Source: Spirochaetia bacterium (GTDB taxonomy: Bacteria; Spirochaetota; Spirochaetia; DSM-2461). Taken from it: a stretch of DNA of 64,000 bases. Below, piece after piece: positions 30,401 through 39,113 of the stretch (the first letter of the stretch is position 1; every line of letters starts with the position of its first letter). A model generated the notes under the pieces. That model was not told the origin of the DNA. It worked only from the letters and a program-made list of their open reading frames with translations, and searched no databases. The DNA is taken from contig OY764216.1 in NCBI GenBank assembly GCA_963668315.1, positions 3,424,001 through 3,488,000 on the forward strand, written 5' to 3'. The position numbers were made by a program, and so were the translations under genes.

Positions 30401-30890
30401 ATAGGGCCTTATCCCGTGCCTTATTATAATCGCCCTGTATCAGATTGTGGGCGACTTCGCCGGCGATACAGGCGCTGGAAGCGATCAGCCCTTCGTGATG
30501 CTGCTCCAGAAGCTCATCATCAATCCGCGGTTTGTAATAAAAACCTTCCGTATATCCCCGGGACGCCAGAACCATAAGGTTTTTGTAGCCCGTATCATTC
30601 TTGCAGTAGAGGCAGAGATGATAGTACTGCCGGCCTTTGGCATCCGTGTTTTTCGCCTTGATGTGCCGGGAGCCCGACGCCACATAGGCTTCCATCCCGA
30701 TAACGGGGTTTATGCCGGCTTTATGGCAGGCCTGTTCGAAGCGCAGTGCTCCGAAGAGGTTGCCGTGGTCGGTCAGCCCCAGGTGTTTCATGCCCTGTTC
30801 CTGGGCTTCTTTTACATACCAGTCTATTTTGACCGCTCCGTCGAGGAGCGAGTAATCGGAATGATTATGAAGATGAACGAAATTTCCCAT
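27450..30890 (-). CDS. dnaE: DNA polymerase III alpha subunit
   Basis: HLHNHSDYSLLDG PHP domain; GRGSGAGS, PDFDVD and FNKSH motifs. Confidence 0.97.
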   Translation of the reverse strand: MGNFVHLHNHSDYSLLDGAVKIDWYVKEAQEQGMKHLGLTDHGNLFGALRFEQACHKAGINPVIGMEAYVASGSRHIKAKNTDAKGRQYYHLCLYCKNDTGYKNLMVLASRGYTEGFYYKPRIDDELLEQHHEGLIASSACIAGEVAHNLIQGDYNKARDKALYYRDLFGEGNFYLEVMDHNLPQEDIANEGLIRLSRELNIPLIATNDIHFYKKEHANAHDILLCIGTQRKKNETNRMTLSKELYFKTEEEMRALFPQCPEALDNTVKLAEKCDLTIPQPGPILPDYYIPEEFGDPMVYLKHLVFQGLEKRYNEVTEDIKDRAEFELATIEQMGFPGYFLIVWDFIDWAKKNDIPVGPGRGSGAGSIVAYALGITDIDPLLYDLLFERFLNPERVSMPDFDVDFCNERRGDVVDYVTRKYGYDQVGGICTFGTLKTKAVLKDVARVLDIDFNESNAITKVVPEDKPPKDWKKSKVEYFLENVPELKVFYDRGGVYRELFETAAILEGMNRNISTHACGKVIGKSMLTDFVPLYKDQKSGEITSEYTMDIIEPCGLVKMDFLGLKTLDVLKNTEKLIQKTIPGFRVDDVPDDDKKTFDMLSRGDSTAIFQFESAGMQKILRDAKPECIEDMIALNALYRPGPMQFIPQYIEGKKNPASIKYPDPDLEELLKPTYGVIVYQEQVMKVAQIIGGFSLGKADILRRAMGKKKVKDMEKMKVEFVAGAKEKGKDEKHATYIFEMLEPFAGYGFNKSHAAAYSVVAYKTAYCKANFPAEFMAANLTNEISSPDAFKLYMDHCGDMDLEIMPPDMNISEKYFTVNDGKIYYGLVGIKGMGSAAVDAIMRERDAHGPFSSFIDFLERMETGSVNKKVVEVSIQSGLFDRIDEHNRSTLLHNMERIMEIISKRKDLVKYGQSSLFGECDEEINPDIEFEILEPMPKKEVLRLEKENLGFYFSGHPLDEYRKIWEKATTLDLKNPERAMANKEYTILGMIKDYKVLLSKTGKRMAFGTLEDFEGQVEFAMFGRQFEEFGHLLGPDAVIGFAGKVDFRRDAPSLKVERLISPEELKEQSVREIHLEMEPENLEDDDLIDFASFLTAHPGNCSVFFHLSHRDKPTIVRASPQFAVSSGPDALERYQNHPLVTSVWKE

Positions 30891-30912
30891 CCTGTTTTCC
30901 TCCCAGGAGGTA

Positions 30913-31797
30913 TTATGCCCCGTTTTCACTCCTTTGGTAAAGGAAATTCAGGATACAATTGTAAATTGAGCGGATTAATTTTTCCTGGCCGCCCCAGCCC
31001 AGTTTTTCTGCGGCGCCTTTGGAAATCCCTTCCACTTCCCTTGCCGCATTGCCCACCATTCTGCCCGATACATGGGCTTCCTTTTCCCTGTCCCGGAAGA
31101 GATCTCCCCCCTCAAGGGCGAAGGAAAAGCGGAAGTCCGAGATATAGTTGCGGCTTATATCGGCCGACATAGCCAGGTAAAGGGTCTGTTTTCCCAGGGT
31201 AATCTGACGGATCTGTGCCTGTCCCCATGTGTTGGAGGGAATACGCATTCTTAAAACAACATCCCCCGCTTCGAATTTGATATCCCCCTGCTGGAAAAGC
31301 TGATTGTGGTATACCCAGTGGTTGACCGATGAGATTCCCCGCCATCTGTGAGTCTTGAGCCTGCGAATCTCATAGGACACTTCCATGACGTTGAAAAGCA
31401 GATTGACCGGCGTGGGAATCCGGCCGGAATAGAGAACCCCCGCCGGTGTCGTGAGGCAAAGCTTGGCAGGGTTGTAAACTCTCTTAAGGGTATGGATGAA
31501 AACCGGCGGGAGAAGATGGCCCGCCTTATTGAACAGAGCCGAGAAAGAGACGGCGCTTCCGCAGTCGATGTAGGAGTCGCTCCGGCTGATCCTTTTCAGC
31601 TCCTCCACCTCATCCAGGCTTATCATATCCGATTCAAGCCGATAGGAGGTGCCCGGCGCTTCCGCCGCTTCGGGATACATCCTTCCCGAATAGAAGGGAA
31701 AGGTCCCCTCCGTTCTCAGAAGATTATGGAGTTCCCCCAGGCTGGCGGGATAGAAAATCCTATCTTCTCTCCCTGGCATAGTGCTCCTCCAGGGCAA
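30913..31797 (-). CDS. Divergent XDH/CO-dehydrogenase FAD-binding subunit-like protein
   Basis: YPASL.E start; L..V.ELK.I; IDCGSAV; operon context. Confidence 0.6.
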   Translation of the reverse strand: MPWRSTMPGREDRIFYPASLGELHNLLRTEGTFPFYSGRMYPEAAEAPGTSYRLESDMISLDEVEELKRISRSDSYIDCGSAVSFSALFNKAGHLLPPVFIHTLKRVYNPAKLCLTTPAGVLYSGRIPTPVNLLFNVMEVSYEIRRLKTHRWRGISSVNHWVYHNQLFQQGDIKFEAGDVVLRMRIPSNTWGQAQIRQITLGKQTLYLAMSADISRNYISDFRFSFALEGGDLFRDREKEAHVSGRMVGNAAREVEGISKGAAEKLGWGGQEKLIRSIYNCILNFLYQRSENGA

Positions 31798-32236
31798 TCT
31801 GTATGCCCATTTCCAGTGAATCCGGTCCTATGCAGGGACATTTCACGATATTTATCTGTTCCCTTATCTCCTCCGGATCGGGGTTCCGCCCCTGGAGAAT
31901 CAGGGCCCCCAGGGAGAGGACGCGGGCGGGGGCGCAGAAATCGCAGAGCACGACACCGGCCCGTTTGAAACCCTTCTCGATAAGGGGGAAGAGGGGATTC
32001 TGGACAAAGCCTTCAATGGTGGTTATTTGACGGCCCATAAGGGAAAAGGCGGGGATAAGGCAGGAGTAGACGGGGTTAATCCCGTCCAGAACAAGGCAGC
32101 CCCCGCACTGTCCCTTGCCGCAGCCCGGGTGGACGCCTCTGAGCCCGCAGTCCTCCCGCAGAACGTAGGACAGTTTTTTTCCCGGGGGCACATTGATTTC
32201 ACGGGGTTCTCCGTTCAGGGTAAAATTGATGGTCAA
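31760..32236 (-). CDS. 2Fe-2S subunit (CoxS/XdhC-like)
   Basis: GCGKGQCGGC, SCL, CDFC and CPC motifs. Confidence 0.88.
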   Translation of the reverse strand: MTINFTLNGEPREINVPPGKKLSYVLREDCGLRGVHPGCGKGQCGGCLVLDGINPVYSCLIPAFSLMGRQITTIEGFVQNPLFPLIEKGFKRAGVVLCDFCAPARVLSLGALILQGRNPDPEEIREQINIVKCPCIGPDSLEMGIQIALEEHYARERR

Positions 32237-34281
32237 CTGATTTCATCCTCCGTCAGAAGTCCTTCCTCCAGGGGAAGGGTATAGCCTTTGCGTCCGGAAG
32301 CCTGGTAGATGGCGCAGGCAAGGGCAGGGGGGAATAGGCACTGCACCAGACCGTCTATGCCGTGGGATTGACTGCCCGAAGAGATGAAATCCACTTCATA
32401 GGAGGGGAAGGGATGCTTTCTCTGCCACTCCTTTCCCAGGGCGTTTTCCATTGCCTGGAAGAGGCCCCTCTCCACGGTGACCCGGGCGGTGGGCTCATCC
32501 AGAATCAATCCGCCGTCGATGATGAACCAGACATGCTTGATCTTCAGTTCTTCCGTGGCCTGGTCCAGTTCCACTTCGGTCACGCAGCCTCCCCAGCTTA
32601 GACTGTAGAAGGGCGTTCCGTCCATTTTGTTGTTATCCCAACGGGAGTCCTGACAGCTGTAGCGGCGGGTCACATCAAGGGGAAGGGGGTCGCGGAACCG
32701 CCTCTTCTGGATCTGATCGCAGCACAGTTCGATAAGCCTGGTTATATGGGAAACACTTCTTCCCGCTGTGAGGGGGCCGCCGTTAAGACGTTCCTGGTCA
32801 AATTGGAAAATGACTTTGCCCGGATCTTCCAGGCTCAGCAGGGAAGACGCCTTCTGGGCCCAGCGTTTTTTCATCCTGTCCATGGAGGGGTGGAGGGGGA
32901 GGTAGAGGGTCAGCTCGCCTTCCTTGTTCAGGACGGCTCTGACGGTCATGGTGGTCAGATCGGTGTGGTTGTAGAGGAAATCGTTTCCCCCGTAGGCAAG
33001 GGTCAGGGATATCCCCCTCAGAAAGGACTCCCGGTTTTCCACCAGATTCTCCCTCTGGTCCTGTAGGAGCTGGTAGGACATATGCTTTCTGAAAAAATCG
33101 GAATTCCTTTTCAGGTTTTCCATAATCTTGACGAGGGGCGTCGGCTTCGCCAGAGTGCTGGCCCCCAGAAAAAGATTGCCCTTGCGGATTCTGTTATTCA
33201 TTTTCCAGTCATAGGCCGAGAACCCTCCCAGCCGGATGAGGTTGTCCATGAACGTTTCCAGGGCATAATACACGGGTGAGGCATTCATGTCGGCGAAGAA
33301 TCCCCGGGGAGGATTGTTCGTGCGGATGCCTTTGCCCGTAATTTCCAGATGGCGGCACTGGTATACCCCCGTGCAGGCCAGACTCATCCTGTCGATAATC
33401 TCCTGGGTCAGAATGCCGTAGGCCCCCACGTCAATGGCAAAGTCCACTTTCAGCGCCAGCAGATCCCCCTCTGTCGAAAGGGCCCCTTTGATGTAGATCT
33501 CCGATTTCCCCCTCATGGGAGTCAGAATCCCGCTCTCCTGATCGTCCAGGAAAAAGTTGACCGTCCTTTTGGACAGCTGACAGAGCAGAGCCGCATGACA
33601 GGCCGAAACGGAGGTGTACCACAAACGGCTCTCCTGGCTGTTTTCATAGGAGTAGTTCCGGAGGATTATCTGATCCCGGCGGATCTTCAACGCCGAAGCG
33701 GCGTTCCTCCTGAGCAGGGAGGGCCATTGATTCGCCGAGTGAATAACGAAGCGGGAGCCGTCTTTCTGGCAGCTGACCTGGCTGGACAACCGCGTCGTGG
33801 GGGACTGGGCTTCCACCGTGAAGAAATCCTCGTCCTTGATCAGATCGTTCCTGTCGAGGAGTTTTTCCGCCTCACCCCGGAGAAAGTGCCGTTCGTACTG
33901 GACGTTTTCTCCCAGTTCCAGGGAAAGGAGGGGCCTTTCCGGTTCGGGGGTAATGGTTACTTCTATCTGTTCCATCAGCTGGTCGAGAATCTTTTTCCGG
34001 GGAGCTCCCACGAGAAGAATCGGTTCCCCCCGGTAGGTTATCTGCTTGTTCGCCAGGATAGGGAATTCTCCCTGGGGGAACTGGAAGGTCTTATTGCCCG
34101 GTATTCCCGAATAGTCGATGACATAACAGTCTTCAGGGAGCGGGGGAAGGCTGATGCTTTCAATGATTCCCGAAGGGTAGGGAGAGCGGAAGGCCCGGGC
34201 GTAGAGCATGGTTTTGCTGCTTACGTCGTCGGGTTGGCGGATCCTCCCCGAAAGTTTCTCCCGGAAGCGTTTCTCGGCCAT
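32233..34281 (-). CDS. Divergent xanthine dehydrogenase molybdopterin-subunit-like protein
   Basis: MLYA..RSPY, DVGAY and TNNPP.G motifs; context. Confidence 0.75.
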   Translation of the reverse strand: MAEKRFREKLSGRIRQPDDVSSKTMLYARAFRSPYPSGIIESISLPPLPEDCYVIDYSGIPGNKTFQFPQGEFPILANKQITYRGEPILLVGAPRKKILDQLMEQIEVTITPEPERPLLSLELGENVQYERHFLRGEAEKLLDRNDLIKDEDFFTVEAQSPTTRLSSQVSCQKDGSRFVIHSANQWPSLLRRNAASALKIRRDQIILRNYSYENSQESRLWYTSVSACHAALLCQLSKRTVNFFLDDQESGILTPMRGKSEIYIKGALSTEGDLLALKVDFAIDVGAYGILTQEIIDRMSLACTGVYQCRHLEITGKGIRTNNPPRGFFADMNASPVYYALETFMDNLIRLGGFSAYDWKMNNRIRKGNLFLGASTLAKPTPLVKIMENLKRNSDFFRKHMSYQLLQDQRENLVENRESFLRGISLTLAYGGNDFLYNHTDLTTMTVRAVLNKEGELTLYLPLHPSMDRMKKRWAQKASSLLSLEDPGKVIFQFDQERLNGGPLTAGRSVSHITRLIELCCDQIQKRRFRDPLPLDVTRRYSCQDSRWDNNKMDGTPFYSLSWGGCVTEVELDQATEELKIKHVWFIIDGGLILDEPTARVTVERGLFQAMENALGKEWQRKHPFPSYEVDFISSGSQSHGIDGLVQCLFPPALACAIYQASGRKGYTLPLEEGLLTEDEIS

Positions 34282-35489
34282 CAGTCGGCTCTCTTGAACT
34301 TTTCAGCCGTTTCCCTGACCGCGTTAATCACCCTCCGCTGCTGTGCCGGTTTTAATCCGGGAAAGAGGGGAAGGGAGAGGGTCCTTTCGTAGAGATCCCG
34401 GGATCGGGGAAAATCATCGTTCCGGAATCCGTAAGTATCCCTGTAATAGGACATCATGTGGAGAGGGCGGTAGTGGACGGAACAGTTGACGCCCCTGTCG
34501 AACAGCTCCTTCAGAAACTCGTCCCGTCCCAGGGTCAGTCTGTCCAGGTTGAGGCGCAGCATATACAAATGCCAGGAGTGGTCGTCCCCTTCGGGGGGAG
34601 TTTCCATGCTGTCCAGGGACGCAAAGGCTTTGCTGTAGGCCGATGCCTGTTCAGCCCGCTCTCGTTTCAGAGCTTCCGCCTTCTTGAGCTGCACCCTTCC
34701 GATGGCCGCCTGGAAATTCGTCAGATTGTATTTGAAACCGGGAGCCTTGATATCGTACTGCCAGGAGAGATGACCCGCCTGCGAGGAGTAGCGGTTCCAC
34801 ACATCCCGGTCTATGCCGTGGAGCCTCATCATGGAGATGCGCTTCTGCAGGTCCTCCCTGTTCACCGTCACCATCCCGCCTTCTCCGGTGGTGATGGTCT
34901 TGTTGGCGTAGAAGGAAAAAGCCCCCCCCGCGCCGATTGTTCCGAGGTATCGGGGAATCTCGTCGTTTTTGAGTTTGTATTTCACGGGAAAAGCGTGGGC
35001 GCAGTCCTCCACCACGGGGACGGAATACTCACGGGATAGCTCCATAATCCTGTTCATATCGCAGGCAAGGCCGGCGAGGTGAACGGGAAGTATCGCTTTG
35101 ATGTTCTTGGGGCTGGCCGATTTGAGGTTTTCTTTCAAAAGACGCTCTATCTCATCGGGATCGATATTCCCCGTCCTTTCGTCGATATCGGCGAAAAGGG
35201 GATGGGCCCCCAGGTAGCGGAGAATCTCCGAGGAGGAGGTAAAGGTGTAGGGCGTGGTGATGACCCAGTCGTTCAAGCCGACTCCGAGGGCTTCCAGTAT
35301 CAGATGGAGAGCCGATGTGGCCGAATTGACGGAAAGGGCGTATTCCGCGCCGGTTACGCGGGAGAACTCTTCCTCGAAGAGGCGGTTCTCACCGCCCGTG
35401 GTAAGCCAGCCGCTTTTCAGGACGCGGTCCACGGCTTTTCTTTCTTTTCTTCCCATGGCGGGTGCTGAAAAGGGTATGGTCTTTTTCAT
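34281..35489 (-). CDS. DegT/DnrJ/EryC1/StrS aminotransferase
   Basis: NSATSALH, EDCAHA and SFYANKTITTGEGG motifs. Confidence 0.93.
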   Translation of the reverse strand: MKKTIPFSAPAMGRKERKAVDRVLKSGWLTTGGENRLFEEEFSRVTGAEYALSVNSATSALHLILEALGVGLNDWVITTPYTFTSSSEILRYLGAHPLFADIDERTGNIDPDEIERLLKENLKSASPKNIKAILPVHLAGLACDMNRIMELSREYSVPVVEDCAHAFPVKYKLKNDEIPRYLGTIGAGGAFSFYANKTITTGEGGMVTVNREDLQKRISMMRLHGIDRDVWNRYSSQAGHLSWQYDIKAPGFKYNLTNFQAAIGRVQLKKAEALKRERAEQASAYSKAFASLDSMETPPEGDDHSWHLYMLRLNLDRLTLGRDEFLKELFDRGVNCSVHYRPLHMMSYYRDTYGFRNDDFPRSRDLYERTLSLPLFPGLKPAQQRRVINAVRETAEKFKRAD

Positions 35490-35491
35490 GC

Positions 35492-36973
35492 CTAATACTC
35501 CGGCTCATCCAGGGGATTTCGAACGGAAGGAAAATAATCGCAGAGACAGGAACGGAGGATTTTCCGGTTACGGTAGGCCTCCCGGTCATCTTTCTCAAAA
35601 AAGCAGATGGGGCGCAGCCTGGAAAGGATCTCTTCGGAGGGGGGGTAATGGCCGGGTTTCTGATTGACCCGGAAGACACGCTCCTCTCCGCTGGGAGAAA
35701 GCTCTTCGGTCAGTCTGTCCCAGAGCTGTTCCTCCAGTTTTTCTCCCTCTCTCAAGCCGATATAGGATATCCCGATTTTATCCTCGGAGAATCCGTAGAA
35801 CCGAATCATCTGGCGGGCCATGTCCTCTATGCGCAGGGGAGAACCCATATCCAGCATGTAAAGTCCCCCTTTCAGGCCGTCCCCCGTCGTCTTCAGGATC
35901 AGGGACACCGCTTCCGGTATGGTCATATAAAAGCGGGTCATATCGGGATGGGTAATGGTCACGGGACCGCCCGACATTATCTGCTCCTTGAAGAGGGGGA
36001 CAATGGTTCCCCTCGCTCCCAGTACATTGCCGAAACGGACCACCATATAATCGCAGTCGCGGCTCTTTTTTTCCAGCACGAGCATCTCGGCCAGTTTCTT
36101 GCTGGCCCCGTAGACGCAGCTCGGTTCAACCGCTTTGTCCGTGGAGATGAGGACGAAACGCTTCGTCCCTGCCGCTTCGGCGGCATCGATGAGGTTTTTG
36201 GTCCCGAATACGTTGTTGGAAAGGGCGGCAACGGGATTCTTCTCCATCATGGGCACATGCTTGTGGGCCGCCGTATGGAAGATGAAATCGGCCTTGAGCC
36301 TTCCCAGAATGAAGAAGATGTAGTCCCTGTCCTGGAGCTCGCCGATGACGGGAACAATAATGGCATCCTTGCCGACCCCTCCCGCCTGAAGCCTCTTCAG
36401 TTCCTTTTCCAGTTTGTAGATGCTGTTTTCCCCGTGGCCGAGGAGGTAGATGCGCTCCGCTCCGGCATGGAGCAGCTGTCGGCAGAGTTCGCTGCCGATG
36501 CTGCCGCCCGCTCCCGTGATGAGAACGCGTTTTCCCTTCATATTGCGCAGGGTTTCGGAAAGGTTGATGGACACGGGCGTACGTCCCAGAAGGTCTTCCG
36601 GATCGATATCCCGAGCCTGGACAAGATGGACGTCTCCCGTCACGATGCTGCTTACCGTGGGAAGGATACGGATGCGCCCGATATCCGTTTTGCTCAGCAA
36701 GCTGTGGATGTTGGCAATCTGCTGACGTGTCGCCGAGGGGCAGGCTATGATCACTTCGTCATTGTAGCTGCCTTTCATGAGAGGGATGCATCCGGCAATA
36801 GGGCCCAGGATGGGAATCCCCTCCCACTGGGTGCCTATCTTCTCCTTATTGTCATCCAGGAAAGCGACAATCTCTCGTTCCGGTTCTTTTTCCGCCAGTT
36901 CTCTGGCTATGGCTCTTCCGGCGAATCCGGCGCCCACGATAAATATTCGGCTAGACACTTTCATGATATCCAA
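35492..36973 (-). CDS. NDP-sugar 4,6-dehydratase (CapD/PglF-like)
   Basis: TGAGGSIGSE, AAHKHVP, STDKAV and RFGNVLG motifs. Confidence 0.92.
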   Translation of the reverse strand: MDIMKVSSRIFIVGAGFAGRAIARELAEKEPEREIVAFLDDNKEKIGTQWEGIPILGPIAGCIPLMKGSYNDEVIIACPSATRQQIANIHSLLSKTDIGRIRILPTVSSIVTGDVHLVQARDIDPEDLLGRTPVSINLSETLRNMKGKRVLITGAGGSIGSELCRQLLHAGAERIYLLGHGENSIYKLEKELKRLQAGGVGKDAIIVPVIGELQDRDYIFFILGRLKADFIFHTAAHKHVPMMEKNPVAALSNNVFGTKNLIDAAEAAGTKRFVLISTDKAVEPSCVYGASKKLAEMLVLEKKSRDCDYMVVRFGNVLGARGTIVPLFKEQIMSGGPVTITHPDMTRFYMTIPEAVSLILKTTGDGLKGGLYMLDMGSPLRIEDMARQMIRFYGFSEDKIGISYIGLREGEKLEEQLWDRLTEELSPSGEERVFRVNQKPGHYPPSEEILSRLRPICFFEKDDREAYRNRKILRSCLCDYFPSVRNPLDEPEY

Positions 36974-37058
36974 TATAATATAGGACTATAAAAGAATATT
37001 CCAGAGTAAGGGGAAAATTCTATCCGATTCTTCCCTTTGCTGGTTTCGGGAGTAATAT

Positions 37059-38372
37059 TTGTTTAAAAAAGTTTTATTTACAGCGCTGTTCCTTTCTGTC
37101 TTTCTGGGACTTTACGGTGAGGAATACTTTATTGAGAAGATTGATATTTCCGTAACGGGAATAACAAACGAAAAATCCCTTCTCCGCGTTACGGAGCTTA
37201 AAGAGGGACAGGTCTTCTCATCCCTGAAAGCGATGGATAACGCCTTGACCATCGTCAAGAATGAACTGGATGATACGAGAATCTTTAAAACTGTCGCTAT
37301 TGAGCGGACTATTCTTTCCTCGGAAGGGGAGAGAATTCCGGTTCTCATTACGGTAACCGTAGAGGATTCCTGGAACCTCATCGCCTTGCCCTATCCCAAA
37401 TACGACTCCAACGACGGTTTCGAATTCAGTCTGCGCGCCCGGGATTATAATTTTCTCGGATTAATGGAACCGCTCCGTCTGAACCTGAATTATGCCTATG
37501 ATGAAAATCAGAAACACAATTTCGGAGCCGAATTGACCTATGCGCTGAATTTTCCCATCGGAAAGCATATTTTCAATCTGAGTTACTCCCAGAGTTTCAA
37601 CTACACTCCCGAAGAAAGCTACGGCGATGACTTCTATATGGGGTCGGGGCTCTCTTTCGGAACGTCCATGATTCTTCCCTGGGATATTTATGCCGGAAAT
37701 CATATCCGCTATTCCCTTTCCACATCGGTGAGCAAGGATTATATTCCCTTGAATCAAATCAGCGAATATCGGGATGATGTGGAGCTCGGTTTTTCCCAGG
37801 GCGTCAGTCTGGGCCAGGTAAGCTGGGGCAGTAATAACTACCGTGACGGTATCGCCATGAGCCTCGATAACAGCTGGTCCTATTATATCGATGATGACCG
37901 GGGACCGGAGCAGGCCTGGGACGGCTCTCTGTCGGGGGAGGTCCAATTTCACAGGGATATGTATCCCATGGGATATTCGGGACGGATCGGAGCAGTCCGG
38001 GACCTGAGAGACCGCAGCAATATAGAAGGACCCTTCAGGGGGATCCTGGAGCGGGATGATCTGGAAGCCCGCAGCTATGTCTACTTCAATAACGCCCTCT
38101 ATATTACCGTATGGAATAACAAGGATTTCTGGGAGATCATGGGCGGCCCCTGTCTTGATCTCGGTTATCTCTGGGATGTTCCGGAAGATCAGGATAGAGT
38201 CGTCTGGTCCCTGGCCGTTGACGGTTTGTGCTATCCGGCCTTTGCCAAGAGCTTTCAGGCAAGAATCACCATCGGCATGAGCGGCAACGGTTTTATGGAC
38301 AGCTCGGGCGAAGCCTTTTCCAGGGTGAGAAAGAATCTGGAAATGACCTTCGGACTGGGCAAATTCTACTGA
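37059..38372 (+). CDS. Outer-membrane protein, POTRA plus beta-barrel-like
   Basis: Signal peptide; POTRA-like N-terminus; NFLG motif; terminal aromatic residue. Confidence 0.6.
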   Translation: MFKKVLFTALFLSVFLGLYGEEYFIEKIDISVTGITNEKSLLRVTELKEGQVFSSLKAMDNALTIVKNELDDTRIFKTVAIERTILSSEGERIPVLITVTVEDSWNLIALPYPKYDSNDGFEFSLRARDYNFLGLMEPLRLNLNYAYDENQKHNFGAELTYALNFPIGKHIFNLSYSQSFNYTPEESYGDDFYMGSGLSFGTSMILPWDIYAGNHIRYSLSTSVSKDYIPLNQISEYRDDVELGFSQGVSLGQVSWGSNNYRDGIAMSLDNSWSYYIDDDRGPEQAWDGSLSGEVQFHRDMYPMGYSGRIGAVRDLRDRSNIEGPFRGILERDDLEARSYVYFNNALYITVWNNKDFWEIMGGPCLDLGYLWDVPEDQDRVVWSLAVDGLCYPAFAKSFQARITIGMSGNGFMDSSGEAFSRVRKNLEMTFGLGKFY

Positions 38373-38461
38373 TCTGCCATAGGAAGACTTCAGGGTAAAG
38401 GGACGGAGACCGGTTTATTGAACACAGGGCCGGGATTTTTCTTAAGGAGTAATGGCGCGTC

Positions 38462-39025
38462 ATGTGGGAAAAGATACTTTCATTCATAAAAATCTGGCTC
38501 TCCCGCAGCGGTGATGATACGTTCTGGTCCTGGGTGATCACCTTTACCTATGCCCTTTCCATTATCCTCTCCTTCTATTATACGGGGCGAATCAGGGAGA
38601 AGGGCCCCCTCCGGTTCTTCTGGGTTTTTGTCAGCTTCTTTCTGCTGCTGATGGGAATCAACAAACAGCTTGATGTGCAGATTCTGGTGGGAATGGTCGG
38701 CCGTTTCTGTACTTATCATCTGGGGTTGATGGAGTACAGGCATCTCATCTATTTCGTTTTTTTCCTTGCCATATTCCTGGCCATGCTTACCGGAGGCGTC
38801 ATCCTTTTCATAAAAACGAGATCTGTGATTTTCCGGTCAAAGCTGCCCCTTGCCGGTATTTTCGTGATCATGTTTTTTGTGCTTATCCGCGCCGGATATA
38901 TTCGTATACGCCATGTCCATGGTCTGGAGCTTTTGGGCCTGCTTCTCATCCTGTCCGGTATAATTCTCAATCTCCGGCGGGATTCCCTCGATTCCGGCTC
39001 TGAATGTACCGATTCTTCCTGCTGA
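38462..39025 (+). CDS. Membrane protein
   Basis: About five TM segments; GINKQLD motif. Confidence 0.7.
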   Translation: MWEKILSFIKIWLSRSGDDTFWSWVITFTYALSIILSFYYTGRIREKGPLRFFWVFVSFFLLLMGINKQLDVQILVGMVGRFCTYHLGLMEYRHLIYFVFFLAIFLAMLTGGVILFIKTRSVIFRSKLPLAGIFVIMFFVLIRAGYIRIRHVHGLELLGLLLILSGIILNLRRDSLDSGSECTDSSC

Positions 39026-39113
39026 TTAAACTGACAACCGCTTGATCGACTCTGTGGAAAAAGCTATATTGTGAGAAACAATTTATTTATTCAGCATACC
39101 ATAGGAGAAAACA

